From a virus (Duplodnaviria > Caudoviricetes): a DNA stretch of 64,000 bases. Each line of letters begins with the position of its first letter. The stretch's first letter is position 1. Below, in pieces: positions 29,354 through 38,277 of this stretch. The position numbers and the translations under genes were made by a program. The DNA is taken from the IMG/VR virus record IMGVR_UViG_3300028048_000124, positions 12,294 through 76,293 of that record; one strand, 5' to 3'. The notes beneath the pieces are model-generated. The model searched no databases. It saw nothing but the letters and a program-made list of their open reading frames with translations, and was not told where the DNA came from.

Positions 29354-31357
29354 TTATAAGTGGTCAACGACCCTGACGTCTGAGAATCCGTCATCAACGT
29401 CGCCTTCTTCGGTATAGCCCCATTCGACGGGGATGTTGTCCGGGTTCCACTCCTCGTCCCAGCCTTCAGGCTTCGATTCGGCCTCGGCCTTGATTTTGAG
29501 GTTTCCGCATTTATAGAACGCGTAGACGCCGACGTAAGTGACTTCCTTTGGGATGATTACCTCTGTCAACTCAGTCTTGCCGGCGAAGCAAAGGTCCTCG
29601 ATTCCGGTGATTCCGTCTGGAATGATTGCGGTTCCCTTGGTCTTCCTTCTGAATTCGATTACCGTGTTATCCTGATAGATATAGTCATCCAAATCGGTGA
29701 ACACGTAACCCAATTGCTTTGCGTTCTTCAGGTGGGGAAGGTTCTTACGCTTCCTTGCCATCGCAGGAGGTAGGAATACGCCGTCGACTGCCGGTGCGTC
29801 CTTCAATTCCTTATTGATTTGGGTTTTGTTCATCCACTCGTCCTTCGCGTTGTAAACCGCGCGGTTTCCGTTTGGGTATATCGCGAAGGCGAATTTATCC
29901 GTCTCGTCCTTCCTTAGGAAGAAGTAGAATTGGACGTTGTCCCTCTTCGTGTATTGGTCCCAGTAGGTCTCTGGCTGCATATCGCCCCTGACCCATCTCT
30001 TTGAACCTGAGATGCACCATTGTGCGTTCTTTCCGTATTTCTGCGATGCCGCGAATGTGTTGATTTTATAGACTTCCCAATTCTCGTTCTCGGCGACTTT
30101 CTCAGCACCGGCCTTGGCCTCCGCGTCGGATTGTGAACGTGTCTTCTTACCTTCCAATTCGGTCAGGATTGCATCCAACTCGTCGGGCGTATGCGGATTC
30201 TTCTTTGAAGTCCAATACATGATGTCCTTTTGCTGTCCCTGCAATCTGTTCTTCTGCTTCAGGAACCTGTCGTAAAGTTCCTGGCCTCCCCATTCGATGA
30301 ATCTGTCGATGTCGGCCTTAGCCTCGTTCAAAAGGCTCTCGATGACCTTGACGTCGTCGAGTTTCAATTCCTTTTTGACCCTCTTGACGAAATCGTCGAT
30401 TGACTCGTCAGGGATTTCCCTGCCTTCGTTCAACGATTCGTCCACAGAACCGTCGTCGAGTGCTATATCGGTGTATTCCAATTTCTCCTGCTTTTCCCTG
30501 ATGTCCAAACCGGCCGTGATTGTACCATCATCAGTCAAGCCGAAAGAGTATGTGAATTGGACGTTGTTCTCATCCCTCCAGGACTCCAACTCCTCGCTGA
30601 TTTCATCCATCGCGTTGTTGAATGCCTCTTGGGTTACGGCGATTTTGAAATTCGATTTTATTTGAAGATGCCAATAATGGACGCTCTCATCGAATATCGA
30701 AGGATATTCCCTGCAGGATTCTATTTCGAAATCCAAGGAAATCAATTTCTGCTTGAATGACTCAACCTCATCCTCGGTGGCTTGCACAAGGGTATATTCC
30801 GAGCCGTTCTCCTCAAAGATGTTTCCGTTCCTGGGCTTTCTCCTGAACGAGCCTTTGCCCTTCTTTGCCTTGAATGTCTGTGAACGTGTTCTGCCCCACA
30901 TAGCCTTTGCGTTTGGGTCACCCGCTTTCTTCGCCTGTGGTTTCTTACGCTTTCCCTCTTCGACCGATAACCTTGACTTCGCCTCGTCTTCGTAATTCGA
31001 GATTATCTCCTTGGCCTTCGATTCGACCTCGTCTTTGTCTAGGCCTTCCTTCAGACCGTATCTCTTGATTGTGGGCTTCGTCTCATAGAACGATTCGTAT
31101 AATCCGGAGATGTCGTCAAGTGCGTCCTCATCGTCAGTGATGACGTAATCGCCGATGATTTCGTCCGTAGGCTCAACGACGAAAACGACGAAACCCTTTT
31201 CGTTGGCAAGTCTCGCGACGTCTTCCTCGGGAAGTCCGGAATCGCCGACTATGTCCCTGGCGAAACAGAACTGATGGTCGCGGCAACCGTCATCGTCACA
31301 GCGTCCCCTCAACGCCTTTGCCAAAAGGTTCAATAAGTAACTGTTCTTTGTATCCAT
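29354..31357 (-). CDS. polyvalent protein: ArfA-like peptide, PcfJ-like domain, BspA-type LRR
   Basis: KKGKGSFRRK; WEVYKINTFAASQKYGKNAQWCIS; IIPDGITGIEDLCF...VGVYAFYKC..KPEGWDEEWN. Confidence 0.7.
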   Translation of the reverse strand: MDTKNSYLLNLLAKALRGRCDDDGCRDHQFCFARDIVGDSGLPEEDVARLANEKGFVVFVVEPTDEIIGDYVITDDEDALDDISGLYESFYETKPTIKRYGLKEGLDKDEVESKAKEIISNYEDEAKSRLSVEEGKRKKPQAKKAGDPNAKAMWGRTRSQTFKAKKGKGSFRRKPRNGNIFEENGSEYTLVQATEDEVESFKQKLISLDFEIESCREYPSIFDESVHYWHLQIKSNFKIAVTQEAFNNAMDEISEELESWRDENNVQFTYSFGLTDDGTITAGLDIREKQEKLEYTDIALDDGSVDESLNEGREIPDESIDDFVKRVKKELKLDDVKVIESLLNEAKADIDRFIEWGGQELYDRFLKQKNRLQGQQKDIMYWTSKKNPHTPDELDAILTELEGKKTRSQSDAEAKAGAEKVAENENWEVYKINTFAASQKYGKNAQWCISGSKRWVRGDMQPETYWDQYTKRDNVQFYFFLRKDETDKFAFAIYPNGNRAVYNAKDEWMNKTQINKELKDAPAVDGVFLPPAMARKRKNLPHLKNAKQLGYVFTDLDDYIYQDNTVIEFRRKTKGTAIIPDGITGIEDLCFAGKTELTEVIIPKEVTYVGVYAFYKCGNLKIKAEAESKPEGWDEEWNPDNIPVEWGYTEEGDVDDGFSDVRVVDHL

Positions 31358-31372
31358 GCGATAAACCCTTCC

Positions 31373-32329
31373 TTAATTGTATCTATAGGCGTAATATCCG
31401 CCGTCCAATGAAATCTCGTTGTCGTCGTATCCTCCGACGTATCCGCCGAAACTGCTTACCCGCAATTCATCCTCGATATATGCGTCGGCATCGAATAAAT
31501 CCGGATTGTTATTGACTTCATATCTCAAGTCCCTTTCGCCGTACATATCCATGAACCATTCTATTCCGTTTGAATATATGCTGTAGTAGTGGTCGATTAA
31601 CTTATCCCTCAGGGAATCCATCGATATATTGCAGTCATAATTATCCCTGTCGGAGTCATCGAAATCCTCATCCTCGGTATCGACGTCAGGTTTAAGCGTG
31701 AAATCGTCCGGGAAATTGATAACACCTTCATCGATTGCCTCGTCGATTACTTCATCGTCATCCATGTAGTCGACCCTTTCACGGCAATTATCCTCATACA
31801 TTTCATTGAATGCTTCTTCGTTTAGGTAATCTTCGTATCCATTGAATTCCGCCGGTCCAGAATCGTAAAGCATATCCCTGAGGTATTCCTCCGCAGCAGC
31901 ACGTGCCTCATCATATGTCAAGACATAATAGGATTCGGCGGCATGGTAGGAGTCGACTTCCTCCGAGACCTCATAGACGTGTTTCATATGCGGGTCCTCG
32001 GTGATTGCCTCAGGGTCTACCTCAAGGTAATCTGCCAGGGCGATAATCCTATCGTCAACACCACTGTAATCTGGTGATTGGAAATCGATGTCGGAGATAT
32101 CGTCATCATCATCGACGTCCTCGGTAACGGACTCATCGTCACCTAATTCCTGAAGTATATCCAACTTGAAGTCCTGTCTGACTTTGTGTCCCTTGTCGTC
32201 GAAATCGACGAACACCGTCGCAACGTCCTCGTCTATGTATTCTATGGTGCCTTCCTTGCCGTCCCAGGCGTTTCCGGCGTTTACGAGTTTGATTCTTTGC
32301 CCTTTATCCATGTTATTCCTCTCATACAT
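31373..32329 (-). CDS. SH3/KOW-like N-terminal module plus highly acidic module (candidate DNA mimic)
   Basis: GQRIKLV..WDGKEGTIEYI; the C-terminal ~250 aa are about 31% Asp+Glu by hand count. Confidence 0.55.
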   Translation of the reverse strand: MYERNNMDKGQRIKLVNAGNAWDGKEGTIEYIDEDVATVFVDFDDKGHKVRQDFKLDILQELGDDESVTEDVDDDDDISDIDFQSPDYSGVDDRIIALADYLEVDPEAITEDPHMKHVYEVSEEVDSYHAAESYYVLTYDEARAAAEEYLRDMLYDSGPAEFNGYEDYLNEEAFNEMYEDNCRERVDYMDDDEVIDEAIDEGVINFPDDFTLKPDVDTEDEDFDDSDRDNYDCNISMDSLRDKLIDHYYSIYSNGIEWFMDMYGERDLRYEVNNNPDLFDADAYIEDELRVSSFGGYVGGYDDNEISLDGGYYAYRYN

Positions 32330-32356
32330 TAAAATTCCGAAGATAATTATACCGTA

Positions 32357-32371
32357 TCATTTAATTTAGCA
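32357..32371 (-). promoter_or_regulatory. phage late promoter motif
   Basis: Exact copy driving 32329-25099. Confidence 0.75.
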
Positions 32372-32449
32372 CCAAAATATCATATCGGTAAAGCACGAAG
32401 TGCGGATATCTTTAGATATCGTTATAGTATATTATATAGTATATATTAG

Positions 32450-32516
32450 ACGTTACATATATTATACGTTACATTTATATGTTACATATATAGACGTTAC
32501 ATATATAACGTTACAG
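32450..32516. repeat. five A(C/T)GTTACA direct repeats in an AT-rich intergenic region (candidate origin/operator)
   Basis: Copies start at 32450, 32466, 32479, 32494 and 32508 within a 273-bp non-coding gap. Confidence 0.75.
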
Positions 32517-32544
32517 AAAAGAAAAGAGAAATATATATAAAGAG

Positions 32545-32573
32545 AAAACAAAAGGACCCACCGAAGTGGGCCC
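32545..32573 (-). terminator. intrinsic terminator after the major capsid gene
   Basis: GGGCCCAC-TTCG-GTGGGTCC stem with UUCG loop, followed by TTTT. Confidence 0.85.
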
Positions 32574-32602
32574 TAAGTATTCCGTCAAGTAGTCGGTCAA
32601 GA

Positions 32603-33931
32603 CTATTCGCCAACGATTTCCGTTGAGACGATTTGCTTCTTAGCAACGACTTTACCAGCGATTAAGAGGTCTGCGTTGAGCATCTCCAATGCGTAGAGGG
32701 TTGAGAAGCCTTGAGACATACCACCGTCGGCATAACCTAACAATTGGGTCGGAACGACTGCCATGTAAGGTGCGTAGACAGCGGCGGATGACATCATATC
32801 GTCACCATTGACACCGAGGACGAACTTACCTGCTTCGATGTTAGGTGTAACGAACACCTTGACACCGTTTAAGGTACCTGCCAAGTAAGGACCGTTGATG
32901 TGAGCGGTCGATGCGGCTCTGAATCCTTTGATGAAGGTCAAGATAGGCAACACGTTTGATGCGATGAGCATGTAGTTAGGAGCATATCTCTTAGTTGCAT
33001 CGTAGATTTTTTGTTTACCGATTTCGACGATTTCACTGAATCCTTCGTAGTGTTCTGCTTTGGAAACACCTGCGGGAAGAGTCTTGTTGAATTCCAATTC
33101 GGCATCCTCTTTTGCGTTGGCAATCAAGAGGTCGGTGATTTCGGTGTCGATTTCATAGGACAACTGACCGACGGCCTTTTCTGCCAATTGGTCGCCCAAG
33201 TCGAAGCCGTAGTCCTGTTTGCCTTGGAAAGCGGCGATTTGTGAGTAGTAGACTGCAACACGTCTTGCTTTGGCAATCAAAGGAATAGACTTGATTTGTG
33301 CGTTGACGATAGGTAAATCGTGTTGAGGAATGACGACGTTGTCGTAGGTGTATGCGATTCTACCGGAGGCAGTGACGGTGACCTTGCCGCCAACGATGGG
33401 CAATTCGCTCTTTGTACCGTCTTCGGCGATGAATGTTGCCTTGTCGCCAACGACAGGAGTCCATGCTAATGTGACTTCCTTGGATTCCTCGCCGGAGGCC
33501 AATGTGACGGGTTCAACGACCGGGGCACCGGTGTAGTTGACGTCGACCTTGCCAAGTCTGAACGGGTCATTGAAGATGTCGCCACGTGAGGTTTCACCTT
33601 TGTTTGAACCTGCGGTGTATTGGACGTAGGTGATGTAGCCGCTCATTGAGGCCATAGGTTGGACGATGACTAATTCAGGGGCGATTAACGTAGGAAGTGC
33701 GACTGTGGTTAAGTTCAAGCAGAATCTCTTCCATTCGCCTAAATCAGCACGTTGAGTACCGACTGAGTTATTGAATTGTTCATTCAAGAATTTAGCAGTG
33801 TTGTCAATAACCTGAGCAATTGCTAATTTACGGGTGTTGTCCATTGTAGCACCTTCGTGGGTTCTGGAATAAACGGATTCAGTAACAGCGATTCTCTTTT
33901 GATAAGTTTCAAGTAATCTGTTGTTATTCAT
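32603..33931 (-). CDS. gp23: major capsid protein (T4 gp23-like)
   Basis: ELVIVQPMASMSGYITY, SYEIDTEI, AAVYAPY motifs; follows the protease gene. Confidence 0.93.
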   Translation of the reverse strand: MNNNRLLETYQKRIAVTESVYSRTHEGATMDNTRKLAIAQVIDNTAKFLNEQFNNSVGTQRADLGEWKRFCLNLTTVALPTLIAPELVIVQPMASMSGYITYVQYTAGSNKGETSRGDIFNDPFRLGKVDVNYTGAPVVEPVTLASGEESKEVTLAWTPVVGDKATFIAEDGTKSELPIVGGKVTVTASGRIAYTYDNVVIPQHDLPIVNAQIKSIPLIAKARRVAVYYSQIAAFQGKQDYGFDLGDQLAEKAVGQLSYEIDTEITDLLIANAKEDAELEFNKTLPAGVSKAEHYEGFSEIVEIGKQKIYDATKRYAPNYMLIASNVLPILTFIKGFRAASTAHINGPYLAGTLNGVKVFVTPNIEAGKFVLGVNGDDMMSSAAVYAPYMAVVPTQLLGYADGGMSQGFSTLYALEMLNADLLIAGKVVAKKQIVSTEIVGE

Positions 33932-33964
33932 TTTGTTCTCCTTAATAAAGATGTACTTAATAAA

Positions 33965-35536
33965 TTAGTTTTTGATTTTCGCGATTCCAAGGAGCGTACT
34001 GTCGATGTCATCATCGTCGTTGTGGGCCTTAGCCATTGGCTCCTTAGCGGATTCGCGAATCTTGACTTTGACTTTTCGGTCAAAATTGAACGGGATTTTG
34101 GTCATGTTCAATTCATAGTCCAGCAAGTCCTCGCAGACTGCGTCGATGTCGTCCAGCGTATAGGATTCTGGTAATCTGTTCCTGATGTCGTTCTCAGTGA
34201 CGCCGTACATGACGGCTTTGCTTGAGATGTAACGGGCAACGGTCTCAGTTGATAACCTCTTCCATCCGCTTGCTGACCTCTTCGCCTTCGCAAGGCTCTC
34301 GCTCAATTCCTTCTCTTTTGATTCAGAGTCAGACTTGACGGCGTTGAGTTCCTCCGTCAACCTTGAGATTTCGGCGGCGTGTTCCTTCTCCTTATCGGCG
34401 ATGCTCTCCTTCAACGACAGGATTTCCCTGTCCTTTCCGGCAAGCGATTCGTTCAATCCGGCTGAGGATGTGTTGCCAGCCTTGACCTTTTTGGTCAACG
34501 TCGTAATCAAACCGTCTTTGGATTCAATAGTTTGTGTTTTAACTTTGAGTTCTTCTTCTAAAGTTGATACCTTCGATTCGAGCGTTCTCTTCTCTTTGGC
34601 AGCGACAGTCAAACGCGTTACCGCTTTCTTGTATTTACCAAGTTCTTCATTAAGTCGATTAGATTCGGCATCGCTGACTGCTAACTTCTCCTGAAGTTCC
34701 TTGACCTGCTTTTTGAGGGAGTCACTTTCCTTTAATGCATCCTGCAAACTCTTGATTAGTTCATCCGACCCATCATTATTGGCTTCATCTGCTTCAATAG
34801 TTTGTTCAGAGGAGTTACTCTCTGCTTTTTTATCTGCAGGACTTTCGTCCATTGCATTCTTAGTTTCGGCACTTTCCTCCTCGGAAAGTTTGATTCCGAG
34901 GTTGTTTAACGTCTCGGTCATAATCTTCTTATCCTCCTCGGACGAAGACTTGAGGCTTTCGTTAAGTGCCTTCGTTAAATTTAGCGTGTCCTTTTTGTCC
35001 TTCTCCAACGATTCGGACACATATTGTAGCCTGGCGGACTCGACGGCTGGCACCAAAACGATGTCGAAGCATTCGCAATCGTAGGTGTCCGGGTCGACGT
35101 AATCGTTTCCGTCCTCGTCGGTCAATACCTCTCCGGTTCCCCTCGATGACACGCCTAGCGTGGAACCGTAGTCGCATAACGCCTTAAGAATCTTCCCGTT
35201 TGGGGTTGGAAGGATGTCGAAGACGGCCTTAAGGGTTCCGTCCTTGTCCTTCTTCGGAGGTTCGGCCATGCAGACCGCGACCTTCTCCATGTCGGTTTCC
35301 GTCCTGTCAGCGGGATGGCCCAGTTCACCGTACATGACTTTGTTTTTGAACTTCTCCTTCATGATAGGATTGTCGAAAACCTTTTCCCAAAGAGTTTCGT
35401 TGTACATCCTACCATTGCGAGTGGGGTTGAGGAAATCGGCGACGTTACCGACAAGGCGGCCCAAAATGCCACGCTTTTTGATTTCGTCTTCCGTCAGACT
35501 TTCGTATGTATAGTTGTTATTCAATCTTTCTAACAT
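33965..35536 (-). CDS. gp21: prohead protease (gp21-like) fused to a coiled-coil scaffold
   Basis: NGRMY, GELGHP, GVSSRGTG, FDIVLVPAV in the first ~175 aa, followed by a long coiled coil with many LxES sites. Confidence 0.88.
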   Translation of the reverse strand: MLERLNNNYTYESLTEDEIKKRGILGRLVGNVADFLNPTRNGRMYNETLWEKVFDNPIMKEKFKNKVMYGELGHPADRTETDMEKVAVCMAEPPKKDKDGTLKAVFDILPTPNGKILKALCDYGSTLGVSSRGTGEVLTDEDGNDYVDPDTYDCECFDIVLVPAVESARLQYVSESLEKDKKDTLNLTKALNESLKSSSEEDKKIMTETLNNLGIKLSEEESAETKNAMDESPADKKAESNSSEQTIEADEANNDGSDELIKSLQDALKESDSLKKQVKELQEKLAVSDAESNRLNEELGKYKKAVTRLTVAAKEKRTLESKVSTLEEELKVKTQTIESKDGLITTLTKKVKAGNTSSAGLNESLAGKDREILSLKESIADKEKEHAAEISRLTEELNAVKSDSESKEKELSESLAKAKRSASGWKRLSTETVARYISSKAVMYGVTENDIRNRLPESYTLDDIDAVCEDLLDYELNMTKIPFNFDRKVKVKIRESAKEPMAKAHNDDDDIDSTLLGIAKIKN

Positions 35537-35584
35537 CTCGATTCAATCCTCTTTGTACAAATAATCGGTGAAACATAGCCTTAT

Positions 35585-35599
35585 TCATTTAATTTAGCA
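35585..35599 (-). promoter_or_regulatory. phage late promoter motif
   Basis: Exact copy upstream of the protease-capsid operon. Confidence 0.75.
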
Positions 35600-35615
35600 C
35601 GTGAAAATACTGAAA

Positions 35616-37211
35616 TTATTGATAACGTTTGATGTGTTTCTTAAGGAAATCCAATTCCTTGGTGTTGCCGGTGATTGTCCTTGCGCCTACCTTGATGTAG
35701 ATAATCAGGTCGTCTGCGCAGTTGTAGAAGGCCCTATATCCAATCTTGGTGATTCTCTCGGGCAACCAAATCTTGTGCATGTTCTCGCATCCGTTGAACG
35801 CGAACGCCTTGATTTCGTCGCCTTCGTAATCGTCGGACACGATTGCCTCCCTAATCATCGTCTTGAACTTCTGAGGTACGGGTTCGCCGATGTACTTATA
35901 TGGTTCACCGGCTTCCAATCTCTCCATCGTCTCGATGTCGAGCAAGGATTGGCAGTTCTTGAACTCGGAGTTCTTGATGACGTCGACCAATCCCTCTTCC
36001 TTCAGGAACCTCGCGAATTCGTCCGCGGTATTGGCACTGTAGCCGCCGCTGTAATACGAACTGTTGTTCGAGTGGTTGAATTGGCTTACTTTGTATCTTG
36101 ATTCGTCATCGAACGTAATCAACGCCTTGTTGTTTGGCCTCGGTTCGTTCTTGTTCTTTTGCTGGAAGCACACATAGCATCCCTTTCCGCCGTGTAGGTA
36201 GTGGGGATAATAGTTCTCCGCCGAGCGTTTTCCTTCGTCGCCTTTGTATCCGAATCCTCCGACGCACCACTTCGCGCCGTCGCCCCATTGGTCGAAGACG
36301 AATGCACCCAAAGGTGATTTCACCTTCCAGACTTCCCACTTCTCGTTTTCGCCGATGAATTCCATGTGGTCCTCATACGTCCCGGTCACATCGTCAGGCC
36401 AGGTGAGTTTCTTGCATAACGCAGGGAAGTCGGCCAAGTCCTGCTTGAAGTCCGACATCGAGCCTGAGGATTTCCTTTCCTCGCCGCCCTCTTCGGCACC
36501 TTCCTCGCCGGCTTGTTTCTCCGGTTCTTCCATACCGCGTGTAGCGACCAGGTTGACCAAGTCCTGCAATGACTTTACCTGCATGATGTCACGCTTGTTC
36601 TCGGGCAATCTCTTTCTCTTCTTCAAGTCGTCGAACGCCCCGAGTTGGTCTTTGTATTCGTGGACGGCGACCATCATCTCCCTGAACGTGGTGACTTTGG
36701 TCTTCAACAACTTAATCAACCATTCGATGTAAGTTCCGCCTTCGTTCGAGTTTTCCTTATGTGTGGGGTCGATGTTGGCCAATTTCATGAAATCCCTTTC
36801 CGAGACTCCCAATTCCTGGAACATCGATTTGTTCTTGTTGCTGTTGTAGTAGTCTTTGATGTTGGTGATTTTCTCGTCGAGGACCTCTTCCTTCAACGAT
36901 TCGTCATCCCTGCATTCGCTTTCCGCATCGGCGAGGATTCCCTCGGCTGTGCTTGCGTCTTTCTCGTCGACCAAAAGCCCGTTGTCACCAACTTCGTATT
37001 CGATTCCGTTGGCGTCGAAGTACATTTCCAAATCGCTCATGTCGACGCATGAGTTTGTAGTCTTGATACAAACCTTCTTGCCCCACGGATTTTTATCCTC
37101 TTTCTTAGGCTCGAGTTTTTCGTTCAATTGCTTTTTCTGTCTTGTCTTGACCACGCCGGAGGTCTCTTCCCTCAAGTCGTCCAAGGCCTCTAATATCATT
37201 CTACTACGCAT
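35616..37211 (-). CDS. polyvalent protein with PcfJ-like domain and BspA-type LRR
   Basis: WEVWKVKSP...WGDGAKWCVG; EIKAFAFNGCENMHKIWLPERITKIGYRAFYNC; N-terminal ILE/LNE sites. Confidence 0.65.
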   Translation of the reverse strand: MRSRMILEALDDLREETSGVVKTRQKKQLNEKLEPKKEDKNPWGKKVCIKTTNSCVDMSDLEMYFDANGIEYEVGDNGLLVDEKDASTAEGILADAESECRDDESLKEEVLDEKITNIKDYYNSNKNKSMFQELGVSERDFMKLANIDPTHKENSNEGGTYIEWLIKLLKTKVTTFREMMVAVHEYKDQLGAFDDLKKRKRLPENKRDIMQVKSLQDLVNLVATRGMEEPEKQAGEEGAEEGGEERKSSGSMSDFKQDLADFPALCKKLTWPDDVTGTYEDHMEFIGENEKWEVWKVKSPLGAFVFDQWGDGAKWCVGGFGYKGDEGKRSAENYYPHYLHGGKGCYVCFQQKNKNEPRPNNKALITFDDESRYKVSQFNHSNNSSYYSGGYSANTADEFARFLKEEGLVDVIKNSEFKNCQSLLDIETMERLEAGEPYKYIGEPVPQKFKTMIREAIVSDDYEGDEIKAFAFNGCENMHKIWLPERITKIGYRAFYNCADDLIIYIKVGARTITGNTKELDFLKKHIKRYQ

Positions 37212-37235
37212 GCAAAATTCTCCTTGATTAGTTTA

Positions 37236-37250
37236 TCATTTAATTTAGCA
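37236..37250 (-). promoter_or_regulatory. phage late promoter motif
   Basis: Exact copy directly upstream of 35616-37211. Confidence 0.75.
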
Positions 37251-37266
37251 CGAAAATTCACATTCA

Positions 37267-38277
37267 TTACGGTGCGTACAACGACATGCTCCTATAGAGT
37301 GCCTTCCTAGCCTTCTCCTTCATATTCTCCGGGAGTTTCTCAAGTAGCATCTCAATCCTCTCCTCCTGGAATTCCGACAGTTTGGCTGGAACGTCAGACC
37401 TTTCGTATTTGCTTCTTTGCGGGAATCTTGCCTTGAACCAATCGAACAGTTTTTGGTTTTCGTATATCAACTCGCCGCCTGTGTCCTGAAGGCACAGCAC
37501 CGCGAACCTCTGTGCCAATCCGTCGAGATTCACGTTGGGATTGGAGGAACTGATGGTCGTGCACCTAAATGTCTCCTTATCGACCTTTAACCCGCGTTTT
37601 CGTTGATAATGGTCATGGAGATAGACGTTAAGGTTATTGACCTGCCTGAACTTGCTGATTGAGGCGTCGATTGCCTCCTTGTGTTCCTTATAGCATCTTT
37701 CCATCTCGGATTTGAAATACGGTCTGAAGGAGTGATGCACAGTTATCGATTTGTCCTCAATCTTCCCATATATCTCCCTGTAGGTGTTGTCAAGGTGATG
37801 CCCGTACATCGTGTCCATCCTGGTCACGCCGTAGAATCTCGTATATTCCTCGTCGACTCCGTTGAAGAACATCGCCGGTGTCAACGCGCCGATTGCGAAT
37901 ACGTCGTCGTTGGCGTAGATGAATCTGTTGTTCACGCCAGGTATATTCCAGAGGAACATCTCTATCGCCGTGCTGTTGAACGTAGGCAAATACTCTTCAG
38001 GTATGAATTCCTTGTGAAGGACGACGTGTACCTTGCTTCTGTCAATCCACTCCGGGACCTGCGATTCGCTTTGGACGAGAAGGTGAATCTTTCCAATCCA
38101 GGGCATGTTCTTTTCCACGCACCTGAAGAAAAATCTGAAAAACTCTCCCTGACCCCTGAATCTGTTCGGTGCATCGACTCCCTCCTCATTGAGGTGTGGG
38201 CTGTATATCTCAAACAGTTTTTGCCATTCCGGGTCGGAGGAATCGACGTATGGCACTACTAAATCAATTGGCTCCAT
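37267..38277 (-). CDS. Stealth-family hexose-1-phosphate transferase (CpsY/SacB/XcbA-like)
   Basis: CR1 IDLVVPYVDSSDPEW; CR2 RF..GE.FRFFFRCVEKNMPWI..IHLL, LPTFNSTAIE, FIYANDD. Confidence 0.9.
   Translation of the reverse strand: MEPIDLVVPYVDSSDPEWQKLFEIYSPHLNEEGVDAPNRFRGQGEFFRFFFRCVEKNMPWIGKIHLLVQSESQVPEWIDRSKVHVVLHKEFIPEEYLPTFNSTAIEMFLWNIPGVNNRFIYANDDVFAIGALTPAMFFNGVDEEYTRFYGVTRMDTMYGHHLDNTYREIYGKIEDKSITVHHSFRPYFKSEMERCYKEHKEAIDASISKFRQVNNLNVYLHDHYQRKRGLKVDKETFRCTTISSSNPNVNLDGLAQRFAVLCLQDTGGELIYENQKLFDWFKARFPQRSKYERSDVPAKLSEFQEERIEMLLEKLPENMKEKARKALYRSMSLYAP

Noticed and set aside
32450-32516. Mini CRISPR array
   Set aside because: Repeats are only 8-9 nt with 4-7 nt spacers, and no cas genes are present.
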